Source: an uncultured Gammaproteobacteria bacterium
GTDB taxonomy: Bacteria > Pseudomonadota > Gammaproteobacteria > JAKDMP01
Assembly (NCBI GenBank): GCA_964586925.1
Contig: CAZPJI010000001.1
Span: forward strand, 63,280 to 127,279
Length of the DNA: 64,000 nucleotides
Direction: 5' to 3'
A model generated the notes under the pieces. It worked only from the letters and a program-made list of their open reading frames with translations, was not told the origin of the DNA and searched no databases. The position numbers and the translations under genes were made by a program. This document shows, in pieces, positions 28,895 to 39,069 of the stretch (positions within the stretch are counted from its first letter, which is position 1; each line of letters begins with the position of its first letter).

Positions 28895-30493
28895 ATGCAT
28901 CGAAACGATGGCTTGCGGGTTTTGTTTACCGCATCGGAAATTTACCCGCTGGCCAAGACCGGCGGTTTGGCAGACGTGAGCGCTTCGTTACCCGTCCAGC
29001 TTGTCCGTCAGGGCGTTAACGTCAGGCTTTTGATGCCGGGTTACACCTGCGCGTTGGAGCAGATATCCAAGCCCCAGGTCGTGGCTGATCTGGGCGAAAT
29101 CCTGCCCGGAGCTTCGGTTCGGCTGGTGGCCGGCTGGACACCGGATTCCGGGTTGCCGATCTGGCTGGTCGACTGTCCGTCGCTATTCCAGCGCCCGGGA
29201 ACGGTCTATCAGGATCCGGATGGGAGAGATTGGGAAGACAACGCCCTGCGATTCGGGTTGTTGAGCCACGTCGCGGCCCGCATCGGGCTCGGTCAAACGG
29301 CATTGGGCTGGCGCCCGGATATCGTGCATGCTCACGATTGGCATACGGGATTGGTGCCACTCTTGTTGAAGCAAGCAGGCCAGCAGCGGCCCCGTACGGT
29401 TTTCACGATACATAACGCAGCCTTCCTGGGCTGTTTCCCCGTCGAAAGCCTCAATCATCTCGGTTTGGCCACCGGAGCCTTGTCCGCGAGCGATATCGAG
29501 TTCTACGGACAGGTTTCCTTCCTCAAGGCGGGGGTGGCTTTTGCGGACAAACTGACTACGGTCAGTCCGAGCTATGCCTGCGAAATCCAGACGCCCGAGT
29601 ATGGGGCTGGGCTCGATGGGCTGTATCGGGCCCGTTCGAGTGATCTGTCCGGCATCATGAACGGGATTGACTCATCGTTGTGGAATCCGGCATTGGATCC
29701 GATGTTGCCCCGTACCTATTCCGCGGATCATATCGAAGGCAAGCAGATCTGCAAGGCCAGTCTGCAGCATCATTCCGGTCTCCACATAGATCGTTGCGCT
29801 CCCCTCGTAGCCTTCGTGAGCCGCCTGGCCCAGCAAAAGATGGCTGACATCGTCCTTGAGCATTTACCGCAGATTCTTGAACAACATCCGCGGTTGCAAT
29901 TCGTCGTGCATGGCCGCGGGGAAAGGAGTCTGGAGGAGGGTTTCAGTCGGCTTGCCCTGGAATATCCGGGCCGTCTGGCGGTCAGGATCGGTTATGAGGA
30001 ATCCTATGCCCATCGTCTCCAGGCAGGCGCAGATATCCTTCTCCACGGCGCGCGCTTCGAGCCGTGTGGCCTGACCCAGTTATATGCCATGCGCTATGGG
30101 ACGATTCCCGTGGTCCGCCGGGTTGGAGGCCTGGCGGACAGCGTCGTCGATGCTGCGATGCAGGACGCGACCGGTTTTGTCTTTGAAGAGCCCAACGGCG
30201 CCTCGATGTGTCAGGCCTTGGAGCGTTGCATCGATTTCTATCGGAATTGCTCGCAGGATTGGGTGCGCATGCGTATACGTGCGATGAGGATGGACTTCAG
30301 CTGGGCACGGTCTGCCGACAAGTACATCCAGCTCTATTCCGAACTCGTGCCGGAATTCCAGCCCGGTTACGCATCGGAGACGGAAACGCAGCCGACAAGC
30401 AAGGTAATAACGGGACACGGGCCCTATGGGAAAGCCATGGTTCCCCTCGCGGGCGCGAGAGATCAATTGGCAATCATGCCGAATTTCGGGTAA
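28895..30493 (+). CDS. glgA: Glycogen synthase (ADP-glucose type) with about 50-aa C-terminal extension
   Basis: RVLFTASEIYPLAKTGGLADV is the classic GlgA N-terminus and the fold is GT5/GT1. The start is taken at 28895 rather than the ORF-track start at 28829. Confidence 0.9.
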   Translation: MHRNDGLRVLFTASEIYPLAKTGGLADVSASLPVQLVRQGVNVRLLMPGYTCALEQISKPQVVADLGEILPGASVRLVAGWTPDSGLPIWLVDCPSLFQRPGTVYQDPDGRDWEDNALRFGLLSHVAARIGLGQTALGWRPDIVHAHDWHTGLVPLLLKQAGQQRPRTVFTIHNAAFLGCFPVESLNHLGLATGALSASDIEFYGQVSFLKAGVAFADKLTTVSPSYACEIQTPEYGAGLDGLYRARSSDLSGIMNGIDSSLWNPALDPMLPRTYSADHIEGKQICKASLQHHSGLHIDRCAPLVAFVSRLAQQKMADIVLEHLPQILEQHPRLQFVVHGRGERSLEEGFSRLALEYPGRLAVRIGYEESYAHRLQAGADILLHGARFEPCGLTQLYAMRYGTIPVVRRVGGLADSVVDAAMQDATGFVFEEPNGASMCQALERCIDFYRNCSQDWVRMRIRAMRMDFSWARSADKYIQLYSELVPEFQPGYASETETQPTSKVITGHGPYGKAMVPLAGARDQLAIMPNFG

Positions 30494-30541
30494 TCACGAT
30501 TGATCGCCATGAATCATGAAAGCTATTCATGAGTCAAAGAG

Positions 30542-30829
30542 GTGTTAATGATGAAACAGACGAGCACAGGCAGTAGTACTGCAGGCAGGAAGGGGACCCG
30601 AATCCCCGTCGCAGCCCGCAAAAAGGCATTAGCCAAGAGTTCAACCACACGCAAACCGGCAACGGCCAGATCGCCCACCTTGGAGCATCCCATTGACGAA
30701 GATGCAAGGCACGCGATGATTGCACAAGCGGCCTATTTTCGTGCAGAGCACCGAGGTTTTGCTCACGGTGAGGAATTGAATGATTGGCTGGAGGCAGAGC
30801 GCGAGATATCGCGCATCATTGAAAGCTGA
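30542..30829 (+). CDS. DUF2934 family small protein with basic low-complexity N-terminus
   Basis: The C-terminal AYFRAEHRGFAHGEELNDWLEAEREI matches the DUF2934 signature. The N-terminal 45 aa are Lys/Arg/Thr/Ser-rich. It is embedded between glgA and the long phosphorylase. Confidence 0.7.
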   Translation: MLMMKQTSTGSSTAGRKGTRIPVAARKKALAKSSTTRKPATARSPTLEHPIDEDARHAMIAQAAYFRAEHRGFAHGEELNDWLEAEREISRIIES

Positions 30830-30834
30830 TCATT

Positions 30835-30864
30835 CCGGGGTTATGTGCTTCGCGGTAACCCCGG
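30835..30864 (+). terminator. GC-rich hairpin (CCGGGGTTA-N12-TAACCCCGG) immediately after the DUF2934 gene stop
   Basis: It is a perfect 9-bp stem seen directly in the sequence. There is no downstream T-tract, so it may be an intra-operon attenuator or stability element rather than an intrinsic terminator. Confidence 0.4.
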
Positions 30865-30966
30865 CACACGCTAATCCGGACGGGTCGTGTCGCCGACCGT
30901 CAGGCGATTCGAAGAGTCGCTTGGGCTTGTGACGAGTAGAGGGCGACTGATCCAGGAGAAGCGGGT

Positions 30967-33468
30967 ATGTTTGCATTTCTGCCTCGAACCCTGCCGGAAA
31001 AGCTTTCGGTTCTCACGGAATTGGCCCTGAACCTGCACTGGACGTGGAATCATGGGCTGGACACTTTATGGGAGATTATCGATCCCGAGTTGTGGGAACG
31101 CAGTCATAATCCCTGGGTGATCCTGCAGAACGCGTCCAAGCAGCGTCTGGACGAGCTCGAAGGGAACAAGGATTTTCTGAGAAAACTCGATCAGGCGCTG
31201 GAAGATCATAGGTGCTATCACAGCGAGCCCAGTTGGTACGAACAACACTCCTCGGGTGATGATCCCGCGGTTATTGCCTATTTCAGCATGGAGTTCGGCC
31301 TGAGTGAAGCCTTTCCGCTCTATGCGGGTGGGCTGGGCGTGCTGGCGGGCGATTATCTCAAGACCGCCAGTGACATGGGCGTGCCGTTGATTGGCATCGG
31401 CCTGCTTTATCAGGAAGGTTATTTTCGCCAGATCATCGACGCCGGTGGTATGCAGCGCGAAGCGTATCCATTCAATGACCCGACCAGCTTGCCGATCCAG
31501 CCCGTCATCAGCAGCGACGGAAGCTGGCTCAAGTTGGAGCTTCCGTTACCCGGCCGGACGTTGTACCTGCGCGTATGGCAGGCGATCGTCGGGCGGACGA
31601 AGCTCTATCTGCTGGACAGTAATGATCTGCGCAACGGTGCCACTGACCGCGGTATTACAGCCAAGCTTTATGGCAGCGGGTCTGAAATGCGTTTGCTTCA
31701 GGAGGTCGTGCTCGGGATCGGCGGCTGGTCGATGCTCGAGGATCTCGGTTTGAATGTGGATGTCTGTCATCTCAATGAAGGACACGCAGCACTGGCTGTC
31801 GTCGAGCGGGCGCGACGTTTCATGTCGAAGCGGGACACGAACTTCCATGAGGCGTGGTGGGGCGCGCGCGCCGGCAACGTTTTCACAACGCATACGCCGG
31901 TACCCGCCGGTTTCGATGAATTCCCGCCCTCCCTGATATACAAATACGTCCACGAACATTTAAATGAATTCAGGATTTCCTTGCGTGAATTCCTGGCGCT
32001 GGGACGCCGCGATCCATTCGATGACGATGAACCATTCAATATGACTTTTCTGGCCTTGCATGGCTGCGCGCAATCCAATGGTGTCAGCCGGTTGCACGGA
32101 GAAGTCAGCCGTCGCCTGTTTTCGCGGCTATATCCGCGTTGGCCCCAACAAGAAGTCCCCATTAGACACGTGACCAACGGTATTCATGTGCCGTCTTGGG
32201 ACTCCATCTGGTCCGATAATCTGTGGACCAGCGCCTGCGGCAAACAACGTTGGCTTGGAGAGATAAGAACACTGACTGAAAATATGTCGCAGACGGACGA
32301 TGAATCGTTATGGGCCTTGGCCGCCGAGCAACGCCGGGATCTGGTGCACTACACCCGTGACCGCCTTTCCTGGCAACTCGGCCAGCGTGGCGAATCCCCG
32401 GCGAAGGTGGAAGTGGCTTCGCAAGTGTTGGATCCAAACTGTCTTACCATGGGCTTGGCTCGCCGATTCACCGATTACAAACGCCCGAACCTTCTGTTGC
32501 ATGACCCTCAACGTCTTGAGCGCCTGCTGACTTCGGAGCAATGGCCCGTGCAATTGATTGTCGCCGGCAAGGCACATCCGCAGGACGAGCATGGGAAGCA
32601 AATGATCCACGCGTGGTTCGAATTCTCCCACCAATCCGCTCTGCGAAAACGTGTTGTTTTTCTTGAAGATTACGATATGGCGCTGGCGCAACAACTGGTG
32701 CAAGGTATAGACGTCTGGATCAATACCCCACGCAGGCCCTGGGAGGCTTGCGGAACCAGCGGCATGAAAGTCATTGCCAATGGAGGGCTGAACCTGTCCG
32801 AATGTGATGGCTGGTGGGCCGAAGCTTATAAACCCGCTTATGGTTGGGTTATCGGGAATGGTGATCCCAGCAACGACAAAGATGACGCGAATCGTCTCTA
32901 CGAGTTGCTGGAACAGGAGGTGGTGCCGACGTTTTATGCACGTGATGCACAGGGTATTCCGCGTCAGTGGGTACAGCGAATGCGCGACAGCATGTCCGAG
33001 TTGGGTCCCAGGTTCAGCAGCAATCGCATGTTGATCGATTACCTGGACCATTTCTATCGGCCGGCCACGCATGCCTACCGATCACGGGAAAATGACAAGG
33101 CACGGCTGGCGCGCGAACTGCGTACCTGGAACAAGGCACTCGATACGCAATGGGATGAACTCCATTTTGGCGAAAAGCAGACAGATCGCGAGGGCAACCA
33201 ATGGCGTATCAGCGTTCAGGTCTATCTTGGAGAAATCGCACCGGAGTGGGTGCGTGCTGAATTGTATGCCGATGCCGACGAGAATCATCCTGCCGAGATT
33301 CTCCCAATGACTACGGAGGGCACCATGCCAGGGGCTTTCGAGGGTTATATATTTTCGGTCACTTTTAATTCAGACAGGCCGGCTGAGGATTACACACCCA
33401 GGGTTCGTGCCTGGCACGAGGCAGCGTTTCTACCCGCCGAATGCCATTTGATCGCCTGGCAAGGTTAA
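30967..33468 (+). CDS. Alpha-glucan family phosphorylase (GT35), long form with N-terminal DUF3417
   Basis: The 833-aa protein has an N-terminal LALNLHWTWNH (DUF3417-like), plus YFSMEFGLSE..GGLGVLAGD and ACGTSGMKVIANGGLNLSECDGWW. Confidence 0.88.
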   Translation: MFAFLPRTLPEKLSVLTELALNLHWTWNHGLDTLWEIIDPELWERSHNPWVILQNASKQRLDELEGNKDFLRKLDQALEDHRCYHSEPSWYEQHSSGDDPAVIAYFSMEFGLSEAFPLYAGGLGVLAGDYLKTASDMGVPLIGIGLLYQEGYFRQIIDAGGMQREAYPFNDPTSLPIQPVISSDGSWLKLELPLPGRTLYLRVWQAIVGRTKLYLLDSNDLRNGATDRGITAKLYGSGSEMRLLQEVVLGIGGWSMLEDLGLNVDVCHLNEGHAALAVVERARRFMSKRDTNFHEAWWGARAGNVFTTHTPVPAGFDEFPPSLIYKYVHEHLNEFRISLREFLALGRRDPFDDDEPFNMTFLALHGCAQSNGVSRLHGEVSRRLFSRLYPRWPQQEVPIRHVTNGIHVPSWDSIWSDNLWTSACGKQRWLGEIRTLTENMSQTDDESLWALAAEQRRDLVHYTRDRLSWQLGQRGESPAKVEVASQVLDPNCLTMGLARRFTDYKRPNLLLHDPQRLERLLTSEQWPVQLIVAGKAHPQDEHGKQMIHAWFEFSHQSALRKRVVFLEDYDMALAQQLVQGIDVWINTPRRPWEACGTSGMKVIANGGLNLSECDGWWAEAYKPAYGWVIGNGDPSNDKDDANRLYELLEQEVVPTFYARDAQGIPRQWVQRMRDSMSELGPRFSSNRMLIDYLDHFYRPATHAYRSRENDKARLARELRTWNKALDTQWDELHFGEKQTDREGNQWRISVQVYLGEIAPEWVRAELYADADENHPAEILPMTTEGTMPGAFEGYIFSVTFNSDRPAEDYTPRVRAWHEAAFLPAECHLIAWQG

Positions 33469-33540
33469 GGGGCACAGGCCGCACGGGAACTAATCGGTTT
33501 CCGCGGCCACTAAAGCTGTACTTGTGCGAGCGGAGAGGGC

Positions 33541-34494
33541 GTGAGATCCACTACCTTATTCTTGGGCACCTTGCTCGCAAGCACCCTTCCTCTCGCGGCA
33601 GCACATGCAGGCATCCGATCTCGTAAATGGCTTGAATCCGACTGTAGTCTTTCGTCTTACGCGGAATGCTCGTTCGAATATAAAAATCATCAACAATTCT
33701 CATATTCCAATGCCTCTTCCACTAGCCAGTTGAATGAACACCCGACTCGCCGTTTTGATGGCCGACTTGCCCTGAATTTCCACGCGGCGCAACAACGCAG
33801 GCCGGACGCTGCGCCTTATCCTGGCACCTCAGGAAGTTCAGAACGATCCGATCTCGCTAAATTTTCGCCGGGTGAATCGACGGCGTTTGGCCGGCACACG
33901 GTCGAGTGGACATTAGTGACGGCACCTCTGGCCGCCTTCGCCTTGAGCCCGGTTCTCGACCGCCGTCTCCATTACCAGGACAACGGAATATGGCAACGCA
34001 AACGCCAGCTCGATTTCGAATATGCAGTCATCCTGGGGGAAGTCGGCGGCGGTTTGTGGTTCGGTGGACAAAGCCGTATCGGTAAGACTTTCTGGCGATC
34101 GATGGATGCGTCGTTATATACCGCAATTACGGTCCAGGGCATGAAATACATTTTCAGCCGGGCGCGCCCCCGCCAATCCTCCAGTCCCAATCACTGGTTC
34201 CAGGGTAGCTGCTGTCAGAGTTTCCCAAGCGGTGAAGTGTCATTCCAAGCCAGTGCCGTTACCCCCTTTATCGTCGAGTACCACAAACAGTACCCCTGGG
34301 TCTGGGCATTGGAAGCACTTCCTGCCTACGATGCCTTGGCTCGCATGAAAGCCCACGGCCATTGGCAGACCGATGTTCTGGCTGCGTGGGCCATCGGTAC
34401 CGCATGGGGCATTTATGCGCAATACGAGCCGAAACCGCTCATTCTCAGCATCATGCCGCATGGCATCCTGATAGGTATTCACACCAAATTCTAG
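33541..34494 (+). CDS. Secreted PAP2-superfamily phosphatase
   Basis: It has a signal peptide (MRSTTLFLGTLLASTLPLAAAHA) and the PAP2 motifs KYIFSRARP, PSGE and ARMKAHGHWQTD. It is 317 aa. Confidence 0.7.
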   Translation: MRSTTLFLGTLLASTLPLAAAHAGIRSRKWLESDCSLSSYAECSFEYKNHQQFSYSNASSTSQLNEHPTRRFDGRLALNFHAAQQRRPDAAPYPGTSGSSERSDLAKFSPGESTAFGRHTVEWTLVTAPLAAFALSPVLDRRLHYQDNGIWQRKRQLDFEYAVILGEVGGGLWFGGQSRIGKTFWRSMDASLYTAITVQGMKYIFSRARPRQSSSPNHWFQGSCCQSFPSGEVSFQASAVTPFIVEYHKQYPWVWALEALPAYDALARMKAHGHWQTDVLAAWAIGTAWGIYAQYEPKPLILSIMPHGILIGIHTKF

Positions 34495-34925
34495 CGGGCT
34501 TCGGTGTGTCCCGTTGACCTGTATTCTCAGTGGCTGCTGCGGTCTATTCTGGAATGAACTCGTTGGGTTTGATTCAGTGAGCCTTCAGATGATTCGCTAA
34601 CCAGGAGTTGTAGCATTCCATAAGGCTGATGGTAAACTGCTCCGTATCAGTATTCACCAGCCTTGGGGATTACTTGCATGAATCATCATGCCTGCCGCAG
34701 ACTGCCAGGCATGGATATACGCTGCAGATTACGGCACGGTTCATAAAGTCCATTAAGCCGTCTGGGAGGGTGGCAGTGTGAGAGACGGAACTGGTTATAC
34801 GTTTTCGCTATAATATTTAGTATTTTCTGTCACGCGTTGACGGCTACCGGTACGTTCATGATGCGCCTGTCTGTTTTTATGGAAAGCGAAAAACCGATAA
34901 GCACACGTCTTATATCTACTGCGGC

Positions 34926-35834
34926 ATGAAGACGGCGTTGTCCAGTCCTCTCGACATGATAGACATCGCGACTGGCGCGATCCATCTTTGGCTTGCCGAT
35001 CCAGATGCAGTGGATGCAAAGTTACAGGCCACATACCTTTCTCTTTTGAGTGCTGAAGAAAGAGACCAACAACGACGTTTTCATTTTGAACCGGATCGAC
35101 GCCGGTATCTAGTTACAAGAGCGCTTGTACGCACGGTGCTGTCCCGCTATGCACCGGTGGCACCGTGCGATTGGTCCTTCGCCAAAAACAAGTACGGATG
35201 CCCGCGGATCGACGATACGCACGGAGCGGCCACTCACATCCGTTTCAACCTGTCGCATACGCACAGCCTGATCGTCCTTGCGGTAGGTAAAGGTAATGCG
35301 CTCGGCGTCGACGTTGAGAACGTTAGCATTCGCGATATTTCAATCGATCTTGCGGACCAATTTTTTGCGCCTGACGAAGTCGAAGCTCTGCGTAGAACAG
35401 AAACGAATCGTCAGAAGGATAGATTCTTCGAATATTGGACGTTCAAAGAGTCCTACATTAAGGCCCGCGGCATGGGCCTGTCGCTTCCCCTTGATCAATT
35501 CAGCTTCGAACTTTTGCAAGCGGGCGCGGTCTCTTTTCGAGTGGCCCCAGAATTGGAGGATCGGGCCTCGCGATGGCGATTTTGTCAGCTTCGCCCGAGT
35601 TCCGACTACATCGTGGCTCTGTGCGTGGAATCCGTCGGTGAGCAGGTTACTCCAGTGAGTCTCATACGGACTATGCCGCTGGTGTGGTACAAGCAGCAGC
35701 AACTCTCGCTTTCAAGGATTTCAATGCGGCCGGATTCAGTGCCGAATTTCAAGTCATCTGAGCGAGGCCTGCAACTGGATGGGCGAGGCGGGAATCTGAC
35801 TGGTTTCGCTGCCACGCCTGCTGGATGGATGTAA
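34926..35834 (+). CDS. 4'-phosphopantetheinyl transferase, Sfp/EntD type
   Basis: It has the motifs FNLSHT, GVDVENV and FFEYWTFKESYIKARG (W/FxxKEAxxK). It is 302 aa and sits in a lower-GC region flanked by about 400-nt and about 170-nt non-coding stretches. Confidence 0.8.
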   Translation: MKTALSSPLDMIDIATGAIHLWLADPDAVDAKLQATYLSLLSAEERDQQRRFHFEPDRRRYLVTRALVRTVLSRYAPVAPCDWSFAKNKYGCPRIDDTHGAATHIRFNLSHTHSLIVLAVGKGNALGVDVENVSIRDISIDLADQFFAPDEVEALRRTETNRQKDRFFEYWTFKESYIKARGMGLSLPLDQFSFELLQAGAVSFRVAPELEDRASRWRFCQLRPSSDYIVALCVESVGEQVTPVSLIRTMPLVWYKQQQLSLSRISMRPDSVPNFKSSERGLQLDGRGGNLTGFAATPAGWM

Positions 35835-36002
35835 TTCCCAAAACGCTATTCGAAGCCTGCTGGCGCCGAGGGATTAGATGCCTCATCCGTTTGGTGGCAC
35901 TAGGTCAGACTAAGAAAATATCTCGATATATGGGATATTTTCAGTCGATTATCTGGTAATGTTAACTTGATTCATACCGTAGCCGCATAGGCTGCTATAG
36001 CC

Positions 36003-38963
36003 ATGAAACCTGAGCTCGGGCGGCACAAGCGGTTACCGCGTCTACGATCTCTTCGATTGCGACTGTTCCTGATTTTTCTTGCTATCGGAACGGGCGCAAT
36101 GGGAATGGTTGTCTGGGGATTTCTCACGAACCTCGAAGAGATTGATATCGCTGCTCGCAGCAGATTGATTAATAATGTTCGTGCAGTCCAGAATGTATAC
36201 CTAGAAAGGGAATTGCGCGCCCAGGCTCATTTCTGGAGAGTCTTCGGTAAACGCTCCGAGCTGCTGGATACTGCCCGATGTCCTGCCATGCTCAAGGCTG
36301 AGATTGGGAATAATCCCGAAATCGTGAATGCCGGACTTGTAGATCCGCAGGGTCATATCATCTGTTCGATACTTCCCATTCCAGCCGATCATCTAAACCT
36401 CAGCGGGGATCCATATTTCGATGCCGCGTTAAATTCCGAAGAACTGGTGAGAGGAGGGTTTTTCATAGGCCCCATATCTCACCGACCCGTCATACTTTTG
36501 GCCGCCCGTATCAGACTAGATAAATTAGCAGCCGACCCTGTCGGTTTTCTCAGCATTCAAACCAATGGATTGAATGCGCTGGAAAAAATGCATGAATTAT
36601 CGAACACGGATGTGCTGACACTCTTGAATTCTCAAGGAACAGTTGTCGCAACATGGCCCTCTAGTGCGAGTGCAATCGGTAAACGTTTTGCTCCAAGAGA
36701 TGCAGACGGTGCTGCTTTCGATCTCAATGGATTGCCTCAAGCCGCTATCAGTATAATTCGCATTGATGGCAAATATTTCGGGATAGGGCGGGTCGCCGGG
36801 CTTGGTTATGTCGTATTGCAATCCACACAAAGCACGCTTTACGGAACAACCTATAAGAACTTCCTGACGAATTCATTGATTGCTGCGTTTCTGGTACTTG
36901 CTGGAGCGATTATTATTTGGCGGCTATTTATGGTTCCGGTAATTCGGAGAAGTCATCTGCTTCGCACGGTCGCAAACGACTTGACGCATGGCAATAGTGA
37001 AGCACGCACCGGAATGAAATCGGGTCGTGATGATCTGGATGAGGTCGGTTATGCGTTTGACAAAATGGCTGATGCATTAGGCGATAGGGCTTCTCAGCTG
37101 GAAGAAAAAACGCGACAAATAGAGGCGAATCGAGACAAGCTGGAAAAACTGAATAGGATCCATCGAATACTTACCTCGGTATCTCGCATGCTTGTGGGCG
37201 TGCAGGATAGAAGCGATTTGTTCCTGGCCGTATGCCGTATAGCGGTCGAGCAAGGATTATTCAAAGTAGTTTGGATCTCGCGAATAGCTGATGACGGCAC
37301 GACGGCGACGTCGGTTGCGTGGGCAGGACAGGGCGCGGAATATCTTGAAGACTTTACTCTGAATATTGCGACACTCCCTGATCGCGAAGGCATTGTGGGA
37401 AGGGCGCTGAGGTATGAAGCACCGGCTATTAGTGACGATTTCGTGAATGATCCGAGATTGAGCTCCTGGAAAGAGATCGGGTTGAGACTCAAATACGGAG
37501 CAGGAGCAGCCTTTCCTATCGTTCATCAGGACAGAATCGCCTACATGCTTTCAGCCTATGCGGAGAAGGGTTTTTTCGATGACGAAGCTCTTTCGCTACT
37601 GGAATCCCTGGTAGGGGACATCGAACATGGCCTGCGCAGAATAACAGCGGAGAGCAAAGCAGACTTTCTAGCCACCCACGATGCAGCTACGGGACTTCCA
37701 AACGTTCGCAATCTTGAAGACAAACTGGACGCCTTAATTCAAAGAGATCGCAATAGCAATCAAGCAACCGCATTATTGTGTATCGAGGTCTCGAACTACG
37801 AAAAAATCATAGACGATCACGGACTTCTAATTGGAGCTGAAGTAATACGGAAAATCTCTCAGAACATCGAAAGAGGGGAGCACGACAGAGATTTGATGGC
37901 TCGGCTTTCAGGGAACAAAATCGGCATCGCGTTGACCAACGTGCAAAGTATTCAGAATATGAGCCAGATAGTACGAAAGATTTCAGACTCGCTCCCCGGA
38001 AAAATCGTGGCGGCAAAAGAACAAATTTTTCCGACCTATCGTTGCGGCGTGTCGATTAGTCCGAATGACGCAGATTCAGCGGCAGGGCTGGTGGGCAATT
38101 CACAACGCGCCTGTGTCCGTGCAGATCCTGGCGCAGTGCGCTTTTTCGAAAAAAACATCGATACAGAGGCCCAGGAAGTCAGACGACTGGAACTTGCAAT
38201 GCGTGCCTCAATTCAAGCGAAAGCATTCGTGTTGCATTATCAGCCGATCATTGATGTCGAAAAAATGCAGATTGTCGGATTCGAGGCATTGGCACGTTGG
38301 CCCGAGGGGCCTGATGGGGTGCCCGTCCCGCCAGCACGCTTTATCCCTATATTGGAGCGTGCTGATCTGATCCCATCGTTCGGGCAATGGGTCCTGGAAG
38401 AGGCTGCAAACCAAGCTGCGCGCTGGGCGGCCAAGGGGCATGAAAACATATATTTGGCGGTGAACGTATCGGCACTCCAACTACAGGAAGCCACGTTTTC
38501 CGATGATGTGCGGAGGGCACTGGAGGAAGCAGGTGACCTGGGAGCAAATAGCCTCATGCTGGAAATCACCGAAAGTATGCTGCTCGAGGCCCAATCAGCC
38601 ACACGCCTGCACTTGGATCGGTTGCAGGAAATGGGAGTCAATTTGATCCTGGACGATTTTGGAACAGGCTATTCCTCTCTATCGTATCTTCACACATTGC
38701 CGTTTACAGTCCTCAAAATAGATAAGAGCTTCATCGCCACGATATGTGACAGCAGCCGAAGTATGGCGCTAGTGAAGGCGATCATGGGTTTCGGCGAGGC
38801 ATTGAAGTTGCGCATCATAGCTGAGGGAATCGAAACCGCCGAGCATAAGAACCTGATGCAACAATTGGGGTGTCGGTATATGCAAGGATTTTATTTTGCA
38901 AAACCTATGGCCGCCGGAGAGGCCGAGGCACTTCTCAGCAATCGCAGCCCATTCACTTCATGA
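36003..38963 (+). CDS. Membrane sensor protein with periplasmic sensor, HAMP, GAF, degenerate GGDEF and EAL domains (probable c-di-GMP phosphodiesterase)
   Basis: The 986-aa protein has two TM segments flanking a periplasmic domain of about 270 aa, a coiled coil/HAMP and a GAF-like region. Its GGDEF position reads SGNKIG (degenerate). An intact EAL domain follows (ELLEITESMLL, DDFGTGYSSLSYL, QGFYFAKP). Confidence 0.85.
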   Translation: MKPELGRHKRLPRLRSLRLRLFLIFLAIGTGAMGMVVWGFLTNLEEIDIAARSRLINNVRAVQNVYLERELRAQAHFWRVFGKRSELLDTARCPAMLKAEIGNNPEIVNAGLVDPQGHIICSILPIPADHLNLSGDPYFDAALNSEELVRGGFFIGPISHRPVILLAARIRLDKLAADPVGFLSIQTNGLNALEKMHELSNTDVLTLLNSQGTVVATWPSSASAIGKRFAPRDADGAAFDLNGLPQAAISIIRIDGKYFGIGRVAGLGYVVLQSTQSTLYGTTYKNFLTNSLIAAFLVLAGAIIIWRLFMVPVIRRSHLLRTVANDLTHGNSEARTGMKSGRDDLDEVGYAFDKMADALGDRASQLEEKTRQIEANRDKLEKLNRIHRILTSVSRMLVGVQDRSDLFLAVCRIAVEQGLFKVVWISRIADDGTTATSVAWAGQGAEYLEDFTLNIATLPDREGIVGRALRYEAPAISDDFVNDPRLSSWKEIGLRLKYGAGAAFPIVHQDRIAYMLSAYAEKGFFDDEALSLLESLVGDIEHGLRRITAESKADFLATHDAATGLPNVRNLEDKLDALIQRDRNSNQATALLCIEVSNYEKIIDDHGLLIGAEVIRKISQNIERGEHDRDLMARLSGNKIGIALTNVQSIQNMSQIVRKISDSLPGKIVAAKEQIFPTYRCGVSISPNDADSAAGLVGNSQRACVRADPGAVRFFEKNIDTEAQEVRRLELAMRASIQAKAFVLHYQPIIDVEKMQIVGFEALARWPEGPDGVPVPPARFIPILERADLIPSFGQWVLEEAANQAARWAAKGHENIYLAVNVSALQLQEATFSDDVRRALEEAGDLGANSLMLEITESMLLEAQSATRLHLDRLQEMGVNLILDDFGTGYSSLSYLHTLPFTVLKIDKSFIATICDSSRSMALVKAIMGFGEALKLRIIAEGIETAEHKNLMQQLGCRYMQGFYFAKPMAAGEAEALLSNRSPFTS

Positions 38964-39069
38964 ATTCAGTTGATGAGCGATGCATTTGACTCCGATTTTC
39001 ACCCTATATGGAATATATAGTTAATCCAACGAGCATCGTTATAGATAATATCGGCTGTGACTGACGGCA

